Part shown: positions 1 to 12,705 of the stretch, in pieces
Numbering within the stretch: position 1 is the first letter of the stretch
Layout: the number at the start of each line of letters is the position of its first letter
Source: Selaginella moellendorffii
Lineage: Eukaryota; Plantae; Lycopodiophyta
Direction of reading: 5' to 3'
Length of the DNA stretch: 64,000 nucleotides
Assembly: GCF_000143415.4 (NCBI RefSeq)
Contig: NW_003314269.1
Span: forward strand, 2,783,060 to 2,847,059
The notes under the pieces: generated by a model
Told to the model about the DNA's origin: nothing
The model's input: only the letters and a program-made list of their open reading frames with translations
Databases searched by the model: none
Translations under genes and position numbers: made by a program

Positions 1-393
1 TATTCCATTCATCATGCTCTTAAAAAACAGTCGAGTGTGATCCTCCCAAAATCTCCAGCCAAGCTTAACAACAGTAGATTCCAAGGGAAAAACTCATCAT
101 ACTTTAACTATACGCGTGACCAATCAAACATGGAAGATTCCACAGAAAAGGACGAGTGCTAAGCGTCGTTTTAGGAGGACTTTTATTTACAATAAACCCG
201 GAAAAACATCTCTGCTGGCTCTATACACATTCTCCCTGCCTAGTTTCCTGTGCGAGGAATCCTCGCCCCTGTCTCCCTGATCTGATAGAACCCAAGAGAG
301 ATCGAAAAACTATGGCTCCAGATCGATCGATCGACCAGAGATCTCGATCGCACGAGATCGAGGAGAGGGACGAACCATTGCTTTGATCATCGA

Positions 394-1705
394 TCACATA
401 AGCGAGCACGCGTTTGGGTTCTCGTCGCTAAAGTACTGCGGCGCTATGATCCTCACCGTCTCGAACTGCATTGGAGGCTGGTTGGACAGCGTCCATGGCT
501 CCGGCTCCGGTCTGTAGTAATCCCTCTCCCTCTCCTCATATCTTTCCTCGTATCTCTCCTCCTCCTCTTCCTTCTTCTCCTTCTTCTCCTCCTTCTCTTC
601 CTTCTTCTCTTCCTTCTTCTTCTCCTCCTTCTTCTCCTCCTTCTCTTCGGCCTTCTCCTCTTTCTTCTCTTCTTTCTTCTTCTCCTCCTTCTCTTCGGCC
701 TTCTCTTCTTTCTTCTCCTCTTTCTTCTCTTCTTTCTTCTTCTCCTCCTTCTTCTCTTCGGCCTTCTCTTCTTTCTTCTCTTCTTTCTTCTTCTCTTCCT
801 TCGTCTCTTCCTTCTTCTCTTCCTTCTTCCCTTCCTTCTTCTCCTCCTTCGTCTCTTCCTTCTTCTCCTCCTTCTTCTTCTCTTCCTTCGTCTCTTCCTT
901 CTTCTCTTCCTTGTCCTTCTTCTCTTCCTTCTTCTCTTCCTTGTCCTTCTTCTCCTCCTTCTTCTCTTCCTTGTCCTTCTTCTCCTCCTTCTTCTCTTCC
1001 TCCTTGAACTTCACCTCCTTGTCCTTCTTCTTCTCCTCCTTCTTCTCTCCCTTCTCTTCCTCCTTGAACTTCACCTCCTTGTCCTTCTTCTCCTCGCCCT
1101 TGTCCTCCTTCTTCTCCTCCTTCTCCTTCTTCTCTTCCTTCTTCTCCTCTTTCTTCTCCTCCTTCTCCTTCTTCTCTTCCTTCTCTTCTTTCTTCTCCTC
1201 TTTCTTCTCTTCCTTTTTCTCTCCCTTCTCCTCCTTCTTCTCCTCCTTCTCCTTCTTCTCTTCCTTCTTCTCGGATTTCTCCTCGTCGGATGATTTCTTC
1301 TCCTCTTTGGGTGGCGGAGGAGGAGATGGCCAGAAATCCGCCTGCTTTCCCGTCTTCTTGGCCCTCTTGAGCACCTCCTTGGGATCCACAAACCCTTTAA
1401 CCGTCACCTTTCCTTCGTTGCGATTCACGTCCAGCGACATAAGCCCTGAGAACACACCATCAGATCGAGAAACACGCGAAATTCGCGATAAATTTCCATA
1501 CCTTTCACCTTGTTGAGCGATTTCTTCACCTTCTTCTCGCATCCCAGGCAGTGAATTTTCACCTTGAGCACCACAGTCTGCGAGCACGAGATGAATTGGA
1601 TTCCAAATCCAGCCAAAACCCCTCACAGAAACATAAACACTCACTCACCACGGGCTCCAGCGGCTTCGCATCCTCCTTCTCCTCCTTCTTCTCCCCGTCC
1701 CCCAT
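394..1705 (-). CDS. Heavy-metal-associated isoprenylated plant protein (HIPP) with a long Lys/Glu-rich insert; 3 exons (~1705-1649, ~1577-1502, ~1445-394)
   Basis: Spliced translation MGDGEKKEE...TVVLKVKIHCLGCEKKVKKSL (HMA CxxC) ...GKVTVKGFVDPKEVLKRAKKTGKQADFW; ends FSDENPNACSLM (HIPP signature plus CaaX); GT-AG introns. Confidence 0.93.
520..1305. repeat. Low-complexity CT-rich coding repeat (KKEE-type units) inside the HIPP
   Basis: Near-pure pyrimidine + strand; repeated KDKEEKKEEK and KDKEVKFKEEEK units. Confidence 0.95.
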
Positions 1706-2891
1706 TCCAGACCGATTCGATTCAACCGCAGCTCCGATTGCTCCTCAGCAATTCCGGGCACCAAATTGCCCTGGATCTACCCCGACCTAACAGCAGAATC
1801 CCCCAAGAACAGATCGGCCGCGCGAATCCGACACCCGCATTTGGCATCTGGCGGCCGCGCCGGTGCTGGCGATGCGCCGCGACATCGAATTGGACAAGAA
1901 GAGATGAGGGAGAGAGAGAGAGAGAGAGCGCGTAGTGTGTTCTTGGTGGAGGTCGACAAGCTTTGGCTATGGCGGCCGACTAACGGACGAAAAAAACTAA
2001 AGATAATTATACGGCTGGGGTATTTGCCAATGCTTAAGGGCCCCGCCCAAAATGCCCCCACTGGGCATTTTCTAGTCAAAGTTGAGGACTCACCCAAAAG
2101 TAAAGTTAGCCGGTACAAAATTTAGGGCAGATTTAGGGTTTGGCAATACAATCGCTTTGACAGTATCTTTTCGCTCGATTGATCTCTTGCTCCATTAGAA
2201 TATTTGGTTTTCTGTATGTATTATATAGAAAGGCCATGATTCCATTCCTTTCGAGCGTCAACTTTTGCGGTGCATGAAATGGATGTTTTTGAGGAGGAAA
2301 AAGAGGGCACCACGAGAACTTTGCGCGTAAGCTTTTTGGTCCGAAGCTTCTGTGGAATCAGCGCATATGATCGAGACCAGCCACAATTCCCATCCGAACT
2401 CTTGTGTTGATCGAAGCAAATTTAACATTTCAACCTTCAACTTCTCCCCTGGAATACCTTTTGATAGCATATGAAAGCTGGCGATGATTTCGATTCATTT
2501 GGATTGATCTCTCTGCTGCGGATGAATCCAATTTTCACTGTTTTGTAGCTCTTCTTGATGTCGACATTGGATCAAATTCTTTGATTTTTTTATATACTTT
2601 GGGGTATTCCAGTTTTCAGTTTCTGGGAGCCCGCCATGTTACCTCCAAATTCGTATTGTGTTTCTAAAGGTAGATAGGGACGCCATTCTTTTCCTCCTCT
2701 CCTTTTTTTTAACTCCCTTTCTATTTTATCTTCGCAGGAAAGATGACGATTTCAGGACCCCCGGGAATCGTGGTACCGCAAAAGTTCTTTGCTCACGCAT
2801 GCACGCACGAAGAACTTATCCCTACGTTACACACACACTGGGGATGGACATAATTTGCAAAGATCCCTCCATTTTTTCTTCTCGAAGCATA

Positions 2892-2926
2892 AGTATAGTA
2901 TAGTATACTATACTATACTATACTAG
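2892..2926. repeat. (TAGTA)n/(TACTA)n pentamer array forming a perfect 28-bp palindrome (2892-2919)
   Basis: agtatagtatagta|tactatactatact read directly. Confidence 0.85.
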
Positions 2927-3663
2927 CTACTTGAAACATACAAACAAATGTACCTACTATATATTATACTCGGGGCCTTGGAGTACCCAGCAGATCCATG
3001 GGAGCTTTTCAGGAACTCCAAGAGTTTCCAAGGACTGTAAGAGACATTACCTCTTGGATCCTGCAAATGGGATGCTGCCATTGGCACAAAGGATAATTCG
3101 TTTAGTCCTGGCTCTTAAAGTCTCCCAATTCTTGCAGCCTACAGAAGAAAACTGGAAACCCTGCGGGGAGGTTTCCATCGCTCGCAAAGAGAGCCTGGGC
3201 ATGTGTAAGCCTGTATATGCTACTTTTTACAACAGAAGCTGGTACTGGAAGACTTGGCAGTGGAAAAGAAGGTGATAAAGAAAATAACTGCGGTCGTTGT
3301 TACAAGGCCGCAAATTTCAATCACCGCCCAGCTCAGTTGCATTTGCAAATCCAAGTGGTGTCAGCAGTGGCGTCACCTTTTTGGTGTGCCTGAGCTGGAA
3401 AACGGAAACAGCTTCGAGCTCAGATGTTGATACTCGAAATTCTCCAAAGTTTACGTGGCAAGAGATTAGTGACAATGAATAGTCAACCATTTCTTCCAAA
3501 CATTTTCTTTAACATTTTATTACGGTATAATTACTAAATGCTTCATTACTTTCACTACCATCATCCACACATATACGAGGCCGTTCCACAAGCTACCTAG
3601 GAAAAAATATGGAAGGAGAATCAAAAGAATGCAACCAAGCCTGATGGAACTTGTGAAGAAGAG

Positions 3664-5950
3664 TTATACTCCAGCGGCTGTTCTCTTCTTCCTTCTCCAT
3701 CCCTGCAGGAGAAACCACAAGAGTGAGCACACAAAAGCCTCATTCCTTGCGGCTTGGACTTACAAATGCCAGGTAATAAACCAAAGTCACCACCGATAAT
3801 ACACAGAAAGCAATTTGAAAGACGTTGTACCTGCGATTACACAAGAGTTTAGCATCACCGAAACAAGAGAAAACAGCCAAACCGTACCTAAACAAGTACT
3901 TGATTCCACGAAGGGATTCAAGTGTAAGACCAAATATTTCTTGAGCTGTGGTTGCACGCGCATACAATGCAAATGCTTTAGAGCAGAACTGGATCACACT
4001 GGAGAGTTTGTATCCAAGTTGGAGTTTTGAAAGCTAAGAATCTTGATAGTGCATACCTGACAGAGCAGAGAAGAATAAGGCCCACGTTGAAAAGGAACGA
4101 GTTCATCAGCGTCCCGCCATACCTTGACAAGAGAAAGTGAACAACTTAGAAACGCAAGAACCATCTAGCATGAGTTACTAGTTACTTCATCGGGTGAATT
4201 GCTATCAAACCAAAGTTTAGGCCAAGGTGCATTTCACCAGATATGACTGCCAGAATCAAATAAAGGCAGAAAAACGCAAACGCCACTGTGCCAAGTAGTC
4301 CTGCAAGATTGTACGTGATTGATTAGTTTAACTAGAAGAAGAAAAGTATACCCCAAACGTCATCAAGCTTGATGAAAACTTGATTTAAGAATGAAGAGAA
4401 AGGCGGTTTGATGAGCATGTAGACAATTATATGTGCCACCCATGCTCCTGAAACGACAAGGCTGCACCATACCACATTAGAACTTACAGAAAGCTCATTC
4501 GGCTAAGCATACCCAACAAGGCCAAGTAGAAGTTTGGAAAGATAGCCCAGCACTGTTAACGCCCAAGTCGTATCAGCCTGAACCACTCTGTAAGCCAAGA
4601 AAGAAAGAAAAGAAGCTAGAAAAGCAAGCGCACCTTTTCCCCCTGCGGATAAGCTTCTTCAAGGCGTTGCACGTCCTCTTCCAGGTACAGCAATTCCTGT
4701 TTAGCAAGAGAGAAAGTCACTTTAGCAGAAACGTTGCAGATTTAACCATACTTGCTGGACTTTCTTCATTTCCTTTCTCCACTTTCTCCCCTTTCCCGAG
4801 CTTCTTTCTTCGCGTTGAAGGGCCAGTGTCGTTTCTTTGAGCTCCCTTGCACGCTTTCCTAGAATAGTTGCCTCCTGAAACGTAACATGGTAGTGAAAAG
4901 CCGAAGAAAAGTCACTCAGAACAGACCTTTATATATTGCGACCTTGTGATTACTGCCGTTGGACGCTTGAAAAAAGCGAATATCAAGCTCAGTGGCAAAC
5001 AGGCGATTCCAACACCTCCAAAAATCTGAAAAGTAAAAGTACTATGCAATGGATAATCGCTCAAGTCGCGGCGCTTACGGTAAACAAAACCGATCCAACT
5101 ATTGTTGTCAAAGCAATCAGGTACTGTGGGAAAGTCGTTCGCATTGACCAGGTAGCTTCCGCTCCATAGCCGGCATTATACGCCGAACACTAGACAAGAA
5201 CGTGTCAGCAAACAGTATAATCTTCGAAAGAGATCCTAAATTCCGTCACCTGAATGCTCCTGACAGCGTTGGGAGAATTAGTGGGAACAAGGCAAGGACT
5301 CCGAGAAGTCAATTGAGAATAATCGGTAGTGAAACCGATGGTAGTGGAGGACAAATGTCGCACAGTGAAATCAACCTTTCCAATGAGTCCTGTGTCAATG
5401 TAAGATAAGATCACCCGGAAACAAACAAAGATCTCAGTACCATATAAGATCCCAAGAACAAGCCCGACGACAATGGCGATCACGATCACCCACATAAGTG
5501 CGCCTACTGCTCTTCGTGCTACACTCCTATGAAAGGAAAAATAAACACAAACAATGAGGACTCAAGCCAATCGAATGGAAAGAAACTAGTAATGACTTAC
5601 TTCTCTTGGTCACCTTCGTAGTAGAACATTGTAAAAGGAATTACCAAGAAGACGAGCACAGCGTCGATGATGTAGACGGCATACCAGAGGTCCTTCATGG
5701 GAAGCGTAAGATCACAGGCCCCATTGTACAAGGCACGCTGACAAGCATGCCGGTTTGCGACGTCCGCCGGAAGCATCAAAATCGAGAGCTGTGCTACGGA
5801 CAAACCGAAAACCACTACCGCCTTTGGGAAGTACGCCTGGTTGTGATCATCCGGGTGCTGGTAATTCACTAGAAGATAGGTGTTGAAGAGGAAAACTAGA
5901 ACCGTCACGACGATGACTATGATCAGGAGGATCACATTGAAGTCCGACAT
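3664..5950 (-). CDS. LIMR / LMBR1-like membrane protein, multi-exon
   Basis: First exon [15 protein letters not shown]...[14 protein letters not shown]...[10 protein letters not shown]...[13 protein letters not shown]; later exons [20 protein letters not shown]; last exon [12 protein letters not shown]; short GT-AG introns. Confidence 0.9.
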
Positions 5951-6478
5951 TGCAGGAGCTCGACACTTCTTTCCTTCCAAATCACCTGTGCCCCAAGCGC
6001 ATTTTCGGCGCGCGGCGAGCTCGCAGCTGGCCCTGTCCTAGATTCCGCGAGAAGAACCCGGAGACACAAATTGGAGAGCCAGATCTAGCTTCCCTGCGCT
6101 GCCGACGAGGATTCAGCTACTTACATTCGTCGCCAGCGACGAGCACGACGCAGCGCCCCTGAATCTGGCGCCAGAAGCACGCTCCGGAGGTCCCGCGCAT
6201 CCAAAACCCTAGCCCTCGACGACGCGCTTGTAACTCTGTTCGCCATATCCAGCCATTGAAAACATACTGGGCGTCATATTCTGGTAGCTTCGCATATTCC
6301 GTTGGGGAAAAGATTCCGTCAAAGCTCTAACGAGAGTGTTTGAATTTCGCGCTCGCTGGCAGCTCTCCTCTTTATACAGATCGACGGCGCGAGCGCGACC
6401 AGCTAGGGTTCCTCCCCGGGCAGGGTTTCGCGACCGCGCGCGCGATTCATGTAAGATTTCGCGGTTCCTAGATCTCAG
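5951..6478. promoter_or_regulatory. Short divergent promoter region with telo-box motifs
   Basis: AAACCCTAG at ~6205 and TAGGGTT at ~6404 between head-to-head genes. Confidence 0.45.
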
Positions 6479-7743
6479 ATGGGCGTTCTCAAGGATCTAC
6501 TGGCGTCGGGAGCTCTGGAGAGCAAGGCCAATGCGCCGGCAAGGGCGCCGCTCAAGATTCTGAATGGACCCGGCGTCGTCGACATCAAGCCCAGGTTCGT
6601 CCACAATCTCTCGGCCTGCCAGGGCTGGGGCGCCGATTCTGATGCCAAGCTGGGAACTTTCCCTACAAAAATCGAGATCGGCACAGTTGGTTCGTGCCTA
6701 GATGCGCAATCGCAGTGGCAGAGGAGGACGAGGAGGCCCAAGCAGCCGACCGTTATCGTCAGGCCCAGTGTTCTTCCGGAGGATGAGAAGCCGCAGGAGC
6801 CCGTTCCCCCGTCTGGAGTCTTGGGCGAGCTCAAACCGGGGATAATTGGCCGTGTTCACGATAGCAAGTACGTCCATTCGGCGATTGGAGCTGTTCTAAA
6901 GTCCGGGACTTTGGTCCGCAAGCGATGCCGGGAGTTTGCCGATGAAAATCGTGGAGTTGCGAAGCCGACGGTTGTGGCTTGCAAGCAAGTGAAGCGCGAG
7001 CGTCCAGAGGCCAACTTAGAGGAGATGCTTACATTCACGGAGGCGCTGGAAAGCTTGGAAAACAGGGCTACAAACGATTCGGAGGTGGCCACCAGTGTGG
7101 AAGATTTTAGCTGTGGGACTTTGGAAGGTTCCCGCTCTAAAACCGAGAGCTGGGACGTTACGATTGACAAGCTGGTGGATGACGAGCAAGACGATGATCA
7201 TCACTCGATGACTCAGAGCGACGCAATGATCCAGAAGCAAAGTAAGTCTGGCTCGCTCTTTGGGTTGATGGAATGGTGTTCTTTTTCCAGGTGGTCCTGC
7301 CGCGATCTGGCTTAAGCTTGTCAACCAGGATATCAAAGGAAGAATCTCAGGTCTGCTTTCGCTCGTGACCTGTCATGGAATCTCACGAGTGTAAGATTTG
7401 CGCAGCCTTGAAGCGGAGCCGGAGACGAGTTAGAACAGCCATCGTTGCCAAGGACGATATTTTTATGCCGGCTGATAAATCCAGCTTCCTCGACCTCAGC
7501 CGGCACGAAGATCCGGCAAAGGCCAAGCGACAGTACGAGCTCCAAATGGACAAATGGAAGGCCTTGTTCCTCACCATGGACCACGCCCTTGGCGCGGAGG
7601 CCGCTCAGCTGGTAACCAAGAGCTTAAATCTTCTTTGCTGAACTTTTTCCTCACATTCTTTCTGCTCTTGGTTTTCGCAGGATAGTCAGTGGAAATCGCT
7701 CCAAGAGCTGCGATGCTCATGTAATACTCAACAACATGGATAG
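6479..7743 (+). CDS. Uncharacterised protein, probably 3 exons, predicted helical C-terminus
   Basis: 278-aa ORF, then a second coding segment (...YELQMDKWKALFLTMDHALGAEAAQL), GT donor at ~7612, acceptor at 7680 and final exon DSQWKSLQELRCSCNTQQHG*. Confidence 0.55.
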
Positions 7744-7807
7744 GAACCTTCTCAAGAAGATAAGACACCCGAATATTCTTTAGGGTTTATTTGAATGAGC
7801 GAATATT

Positions 7808-9184
7808 CTAATCTAACCCTTGGTAGGGCTTGGTTTCAACGGCATGTGTACGGCATTTTCCTTCACCGTCCTCGTCCTCGTCCTCGCCGCTCTCCTCTTC
7901 ACCGTCGCCACTCTCCTCCTCACCGTCCTCGTCCTCTTCATCGTCCTCACCACTCTTCTCTTCATCGTCCTCTTGGGCCGACGAAGTGATTGGAGATTTC
8001 GATTTCTTCCAAGGCGCCTCAACCTTTTGTATCACCATCTCATCATCCATGAACCCCTGCGCTTGCATATCTGTACAAAACACCCACAGCAAGCTGTTTG
8101 CACCCTCGGCAGAAACCTCACGAGGACGAATGTGCTCCTCAAACATGACTTGCGGATACACCTCCTCGGGGTACTTCGTCACGTACGGAACGAGCTCCGG
8201 CGCACCACCCAACCTCAGCTCCTCGCAGAAAAACCTCAGTAGCTCCTCCTCCTCCTCCTCGTCAGGCTTCTCGCGATAGTGGAAAAACGGGAGAAAGAAG
8301 CCCCGCGCAAGCCAATGCACCGTCACCGTTTTCGCGCCGTCCCAGTCGCCAATGCTCTCGACGTGCCCCGAGCCGGGATCAACCAATACCTGCCCGCTGC
8401 CAAACTCGGGGTGACAAAGGAAGAACTTCTCCGGGAAATCGGGCTGGAAATCCTCCAGCCACTCGAGGATGATCTCCGCGTTGGCCCTGATCGATCCGCC
8501 GTATAAGGGGCTGTCTCCATACAGCAGCAGCAACCCCTGGATCTGGTTCCAAGCATACTCCTTCCAAGTCGAATAGGGGCCGGGGCTGAGGCGATCGCCC
8601 ACGTCCATTCCGCGCTCCATGGCGATGGCCACGGCGCCGTCGCGCAGCACGCCCACGCACGGAGACCCGTCGGATGCGAGTGCCATGTCACCAATCCCCT
8701 TCAGCGGGTGGCGGTACAGCTGGAGCGTCACGGCTGCCAGGTCGGACAGCACCCTCTTCCTCCATGCCAGCGTGGAGCGGCTGTCCTCCCAAAGATCCCA
8801 CAGCCGTACACCGTCGGCCACGGGTAGAACCGCCAGGTAGGACATCCCCCGTGTCGCGTAACGGAAGGGCGGGCTTGCCACGTGGATCGGCCCCGCGACG
8901 ACCGTGGGGCCGCCTAGCTGCGACAGGAAGAGAGTGGCCGCGTAGCCAGAGACCGCCTCTTGGGGAGAAATCCGGCTGCGGCGAGTGAGCGGGAGGCGAA
9001 GCGCGACGCGACGCTCACTCCGACCCTTGTCTACCAGCAATGTGTCGAGCACAAGGTACCTGCCACGGCCAAGGACGCCCTGGATGCGGACACAGCAGCC
9101 CAGCACTTTCCCGATGATCCTCTCCAAGCGTCCCGGAAAGCAACCAAAACAGTCGAAGACGATGCGCCTGACACGCTCCATCAC
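7808..9184 (-). CDS. Intronless APH/phosphotransferase-like kinase-fold protein, fungal type, acidic tail; copy 1 (open frame)
   Basis: GVLGRG...VALRLP N-lobe, GIGDM, GPYSTWKEY, LCHPEFGSGQVLVD...IGDWDGA resembling the fungal APH-like LxHxDLxxxNILVD...GIIDWE; GC-rich. Confidence 0.72.
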   Translation of the reverse strand: MMERVRRIVFDCFGCFPGRLERIIGKVLGCCVRIQGVLGRGRYLVLDTLLVDKGRSERRVALRLPLTRRSRISPQEAVSGYAATLFLSQLGGPTVVAGPIHVASPPFRYATRGMSYLAVLPVADGVRLWDLWEDSRSTLAWRKRVLSDLAAVTLQLYRHPLKGIGDMALASDGSPCVGVLRDGAVAIAMERGMDVGDRLSPGPYSTWKEYAWNQIQGLLLLYGDSPLYGGSIRANAEIILEWLEDFQPDFPEKFFLCHPEFGSGQVLVDPGSGHVESIGDWDGAKTVTVHWLARGFFLPFFHYREKPDEEEEEELLRFFCEELRLGGAPELVPYVTKYPEEVYPQVMFEEHIRPREVSAEGANSLLWVFCTDMQAQGFMDDEMVIQKVEAPWKKSKSPITSSAQEDDEEKSGEDDEEDEDGEEESGDGEEESGEDEDEDGEGKCRTHAVETKPYQGLD

Positions 9185-9341
9185 TCCATTCCTCTCGCAA
9201 TACCCTAAAAGCTATCGACCGGTCACCGCGAGGATGCCCACCATACGGAGAGGTGCTGCTGCTGCTCGCATATATGTCGTATGGAACGTTGTCACCGCGC
9301 TTTAAGTCCAGTACTCGACTGACTCCATTTGCAGCGTGACA

Positions 9342-10653
9342 AAGTTGGCATCCCACGTTGTGTCTTGAATTTCCTTGTGAAAGAAGTCAGCGCGGACCGT
9401 CAAGCTCCACAGCGTTGACAGGGCCTTGCAAGCTTCCAACAGACTCCGCCTGGGTCAAAGTTGGGGAGTTGCATCTGGATGTGGGCTACAGATCTGGAGC
9501 TACTCAACCAACCTTACATGGATTGCTCCAGATTAATCGCAGTGAAAGTTTGACGGCACCTGAACCTCTGAGACCATTGATTAAGTGGACCTGATGATAT
9601 CACTGAGAGGGAAATTGTTGCTAGAAGACTGAAGACCACATTGTTGCCATTACAGAGCTACTGATCTGTGGTGGGACGGAGTCTATGGCCATTACCTCTT
9701 CTAGTCCAGATAATAAAAATTAAACATCTTCAACAAACGCGCGTTCAAAGTTGCTTCTGTATAAACAAACTTGTAAATGTAATGCCAGTACAAACGAGAT
9801 CTAAATAATACTTGTGTTCCCCCAGGCTCGTAGACACGTGGCGGACCAGGCAAAACCTCGCAGCTTTAGAGGGCATGGAACGTTAAGAATTGGCGAGCTT
9901 GGTGTTGCTTCTAGCTGCATCAGTCGAGTTGCTCAAATCAGCAGAAGCACTGGTAAACTTCAAATTCTTGCGACTGATTCAGTAAAGGTACAAGGATCAA
10001 GTTTTCCAGTCTTGTTGAGCATGTTCTCGAGCATGTAGATTCGCTCTTGGTTGGCAGGTCTCCGGAGGAACTCGCTCCGTGCTTTGGTGAGCCCTTGAAT
10101 AAGTCTCTCGATCGGTAAGAGGTGACATTGTTGAAGGTTTCAAGGAACTGTTGGATCTGAACTTGAACGTGTTGCACAGCTTGAGCATCATGAGGGCATG
10201 AATCTTCAAGCTACAAACAGTCAAGCACAACATTCCATCCCATGAAACTAGGTTCCAGGACCAGAAGATCAGCAGGATCTCTTTGTTGTGCTGAAGATGT
10301 CCAGTCTGAATGTTGTACACAAGGTCTTCATGCTTCAGGTATGTCAACAATGCTTGGGAACGATCTATGGAATCAGGTAAAAGTCCAAGATAAGGTTATT
10401 TGCGCGCGTTCGAGGTGATGCCCGTGGCCTGATGCATGCGCTGGCCAAGACCGGGGATCCGGACGGTGCCAAAAAGGTCTTCAACGAGGATGTCGCCAAC
10501 GTTCTTGTTCAAGGAGACGAAGATTCCGGACTGTTCTTTTCTTTTTTGCTCACCCAGAAGCCCTCTTACTTTTGAGGAGTCCACACAGTGATCTTGGTGG
10601 AACAGCAGACAGCGCGAGTTCCTCTTCGAGCACGAGGACTCGCAGTCCTCCAG
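9342..10653. repeat. Segment repeated in inverted orientation at 14180-15528 as two separately inverted pieces
   Basis: 9342-9420 is the reverse complement of 14180-14245; 9451-10653 is the reverse complement of 14261-15528, with small indels. Confidence 0.88.
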
Positions 10654-12273
10654 GGAGTCCAAAACTGACGTAGTGTGGTCATTCTTATACTTGTTGATGC
10701 ATTGCGAAGTCATCGTAAGATTTCTGTCTGAATTCTCCAAAAATGGATTTTGGAGAGAGAGTACTCACTTGGTGAAGAGGGCTCTGCTCACAATCCTGGT
10801 TGCTTCGATGTAGCGATCTCACGCACTTCGAAGTGCTGCTGCTGGGGTTGGTGACCCATTTGGCGAAGCATTTCGTGTGCACTGCTTAGAGATTCAGACA
10901 CAATAATTTGCTGCGCAAGCAGCAACGCAGCGCTTGGTTTGCTTATTGTATTATCTTCACCACGTCCTCCCTTGCGGAATCCCTTTCAACAGAATCGGCA
11001 AGGGTTGCTTGAACAGATCCTTAACAACAAATATATCAAATGAGACAATAATTCAAAATATCAGTGTGTTTAAGAGAAAAGGAGCAAAGAGGCTCAAATG
11101 AAGGTTAACTGGATTTTGAAGCTTGTTGATTGTGAGTGGTAATGAAGAACTATCAAAAGCACGTGAGTAGCATCTGAGAATTGAAGTTGCAAATGTAGTA
11201 AAAGCATTGTTAAATCTCCTCATCCTTTTTGGTTGTGACCCTATATTCTATAAATTCTACAAACCTTACAGCTTTCTGTTCTAAAGCATGAGACACCGAA
11301 GTGTTATACAAGAATAATCTGGTTATTATTATTACTTGAATATTATAATTTTGTAATTAGCTTAGAAATATAGTAAAGACATTCAAATCCCCACAATAGA
11401 GACTTTCTTTGAAGAATTTTTACTGAGAAATACGAGAACAAGTTGTCATATAAACTTGAAACTATAAAAATGCGTTTCAGCTAATGCTTCTCAAGTTCCA
11501 TTTTCTTTCGGTGTCTCTTTGGGTTTTATTTTATCTTGGGTTTACAAGGTCCTTCGCATATCTAGAAAATATATTGCAATGCCTATATAATAACTGTTGC
11601 ATGCAATATAATAGCTACTGACTGTTTATTGAACGACAAAATTATGAGCTGCCATTCGACGATAGAATATACCGGGAATATCCAGGCTTGCTTACCTAGA
11701 TGCCACGTAGGCAGTTCTGCCACAGAAGAATGTCCGACCTGGCAGCCATCGCCACCGAGGCTTCAGCGAACTGCGAGGGCAAAGCCACATTCTTTGATCA
11801 GCAAAATCCTGGACGGAATGTGGAGGAGCACCACCATTCTGGAAGCGTTCGTTCTTTTCGTAATGGGTTGATTTCATTCTCATCTTGGGCAAGCGGCACG
11901 GTTTGGCGAATCGCGCATGGGGTTCATCCCAGTTCTCACCCCATTCTTGCCTTCGCCAAGCGGCCTTGCTTGATGATCAGAGCACGGTTTCGCGAATCGG
12001 ACCGATCGGACCTGCGAGAAAGACTGAGATTTTGCTCGAGCTTGCAGGAGCCCTGATCTCGCGCGGCTCCCCTGCGACTCCATCGCGCTCGACCTCAGCG
12101 GCAACCAGACGTCCCCGGGCGCCATCGCCGCCACAGAATCGCTCGAGGATAGGCTGCGACAGCGCGATTGATCCCCAATCTGCGAAAGAATGGAACTTTG
12201 CTCGAGAATGCAGAAGCGCTGATCATTTTGATTCACAATGCAAATAGAAAACCATCACACCGAGTGAATGAAG

Positions 12274-12492
12274 CTACTTCTTGCCTTTCTTCCCCTTTCC
12301 TTTCTTACCCGGGGCTTGCTGCTCTTTCTCCTTGCCTTTCCCCTTCGGCTTCTTCATGGCTTTGGAGGATTCGGCTTGCTCCTTCTTCAGCTTCTCCTCC
12401 TCTTCCTCCTTCTTCTTCCTCGCTTCCTGCTTCTGGGGCTTCTCTTGGACCTTTAGCGCCCTTAAGCAAGGTCCACACATTTCCGTGCGCAA
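12274..12492 (-). other. Short Lys/Glu-rich ORF fragment, unknown
   Basis: KKKEEEEEKLKKEQ...GKKGKGKKGKK*; no clear start or family. Confidence 0.25.
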
Positions 12493-12705
12493 GTGCCTAC
12501 GTTACAAACGACTTTGATCTTGATCGTGGGCGTCAGGGCGGGGCATTTTGGACAAACCAAAATTATGAGAATTAACCCTCGAGATGAATGAAGTAAACGA
12601 CCATTTTATAGGGCTCCATACCAACGGCATGTGTACGGTATTTTTCACTTTGAGGAAACCTCGCCACTCCCCTCTTCACCGTCCTCGTCCTCGCCGCTCT
12701 CCTCT

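Noticed and set aside
471-1516. S/P/L- and S/F-rich ORFs on +
   Set aside because: Antisense shadows of the HIPP KE repeat
2931-3499. Short ORFs downstream of LIMR
   Set aside because: No motifs; stops in all frames
7820-9305. Many overlapping ORFs around the APH genes (also 12584-14157)
   Set aside because: Alternative-frame artefacts of GC-rich coding DNA
10780-10930. VHTKCFAKWV...C on the minus strand, RINGv-like
   Set aside because: Cys pattern incomplete and flanked by stops; too weak to call
11629-12247. GC-rich overlapping short ORFs
   Set aside because: No recognisable motif or consistent gene structure
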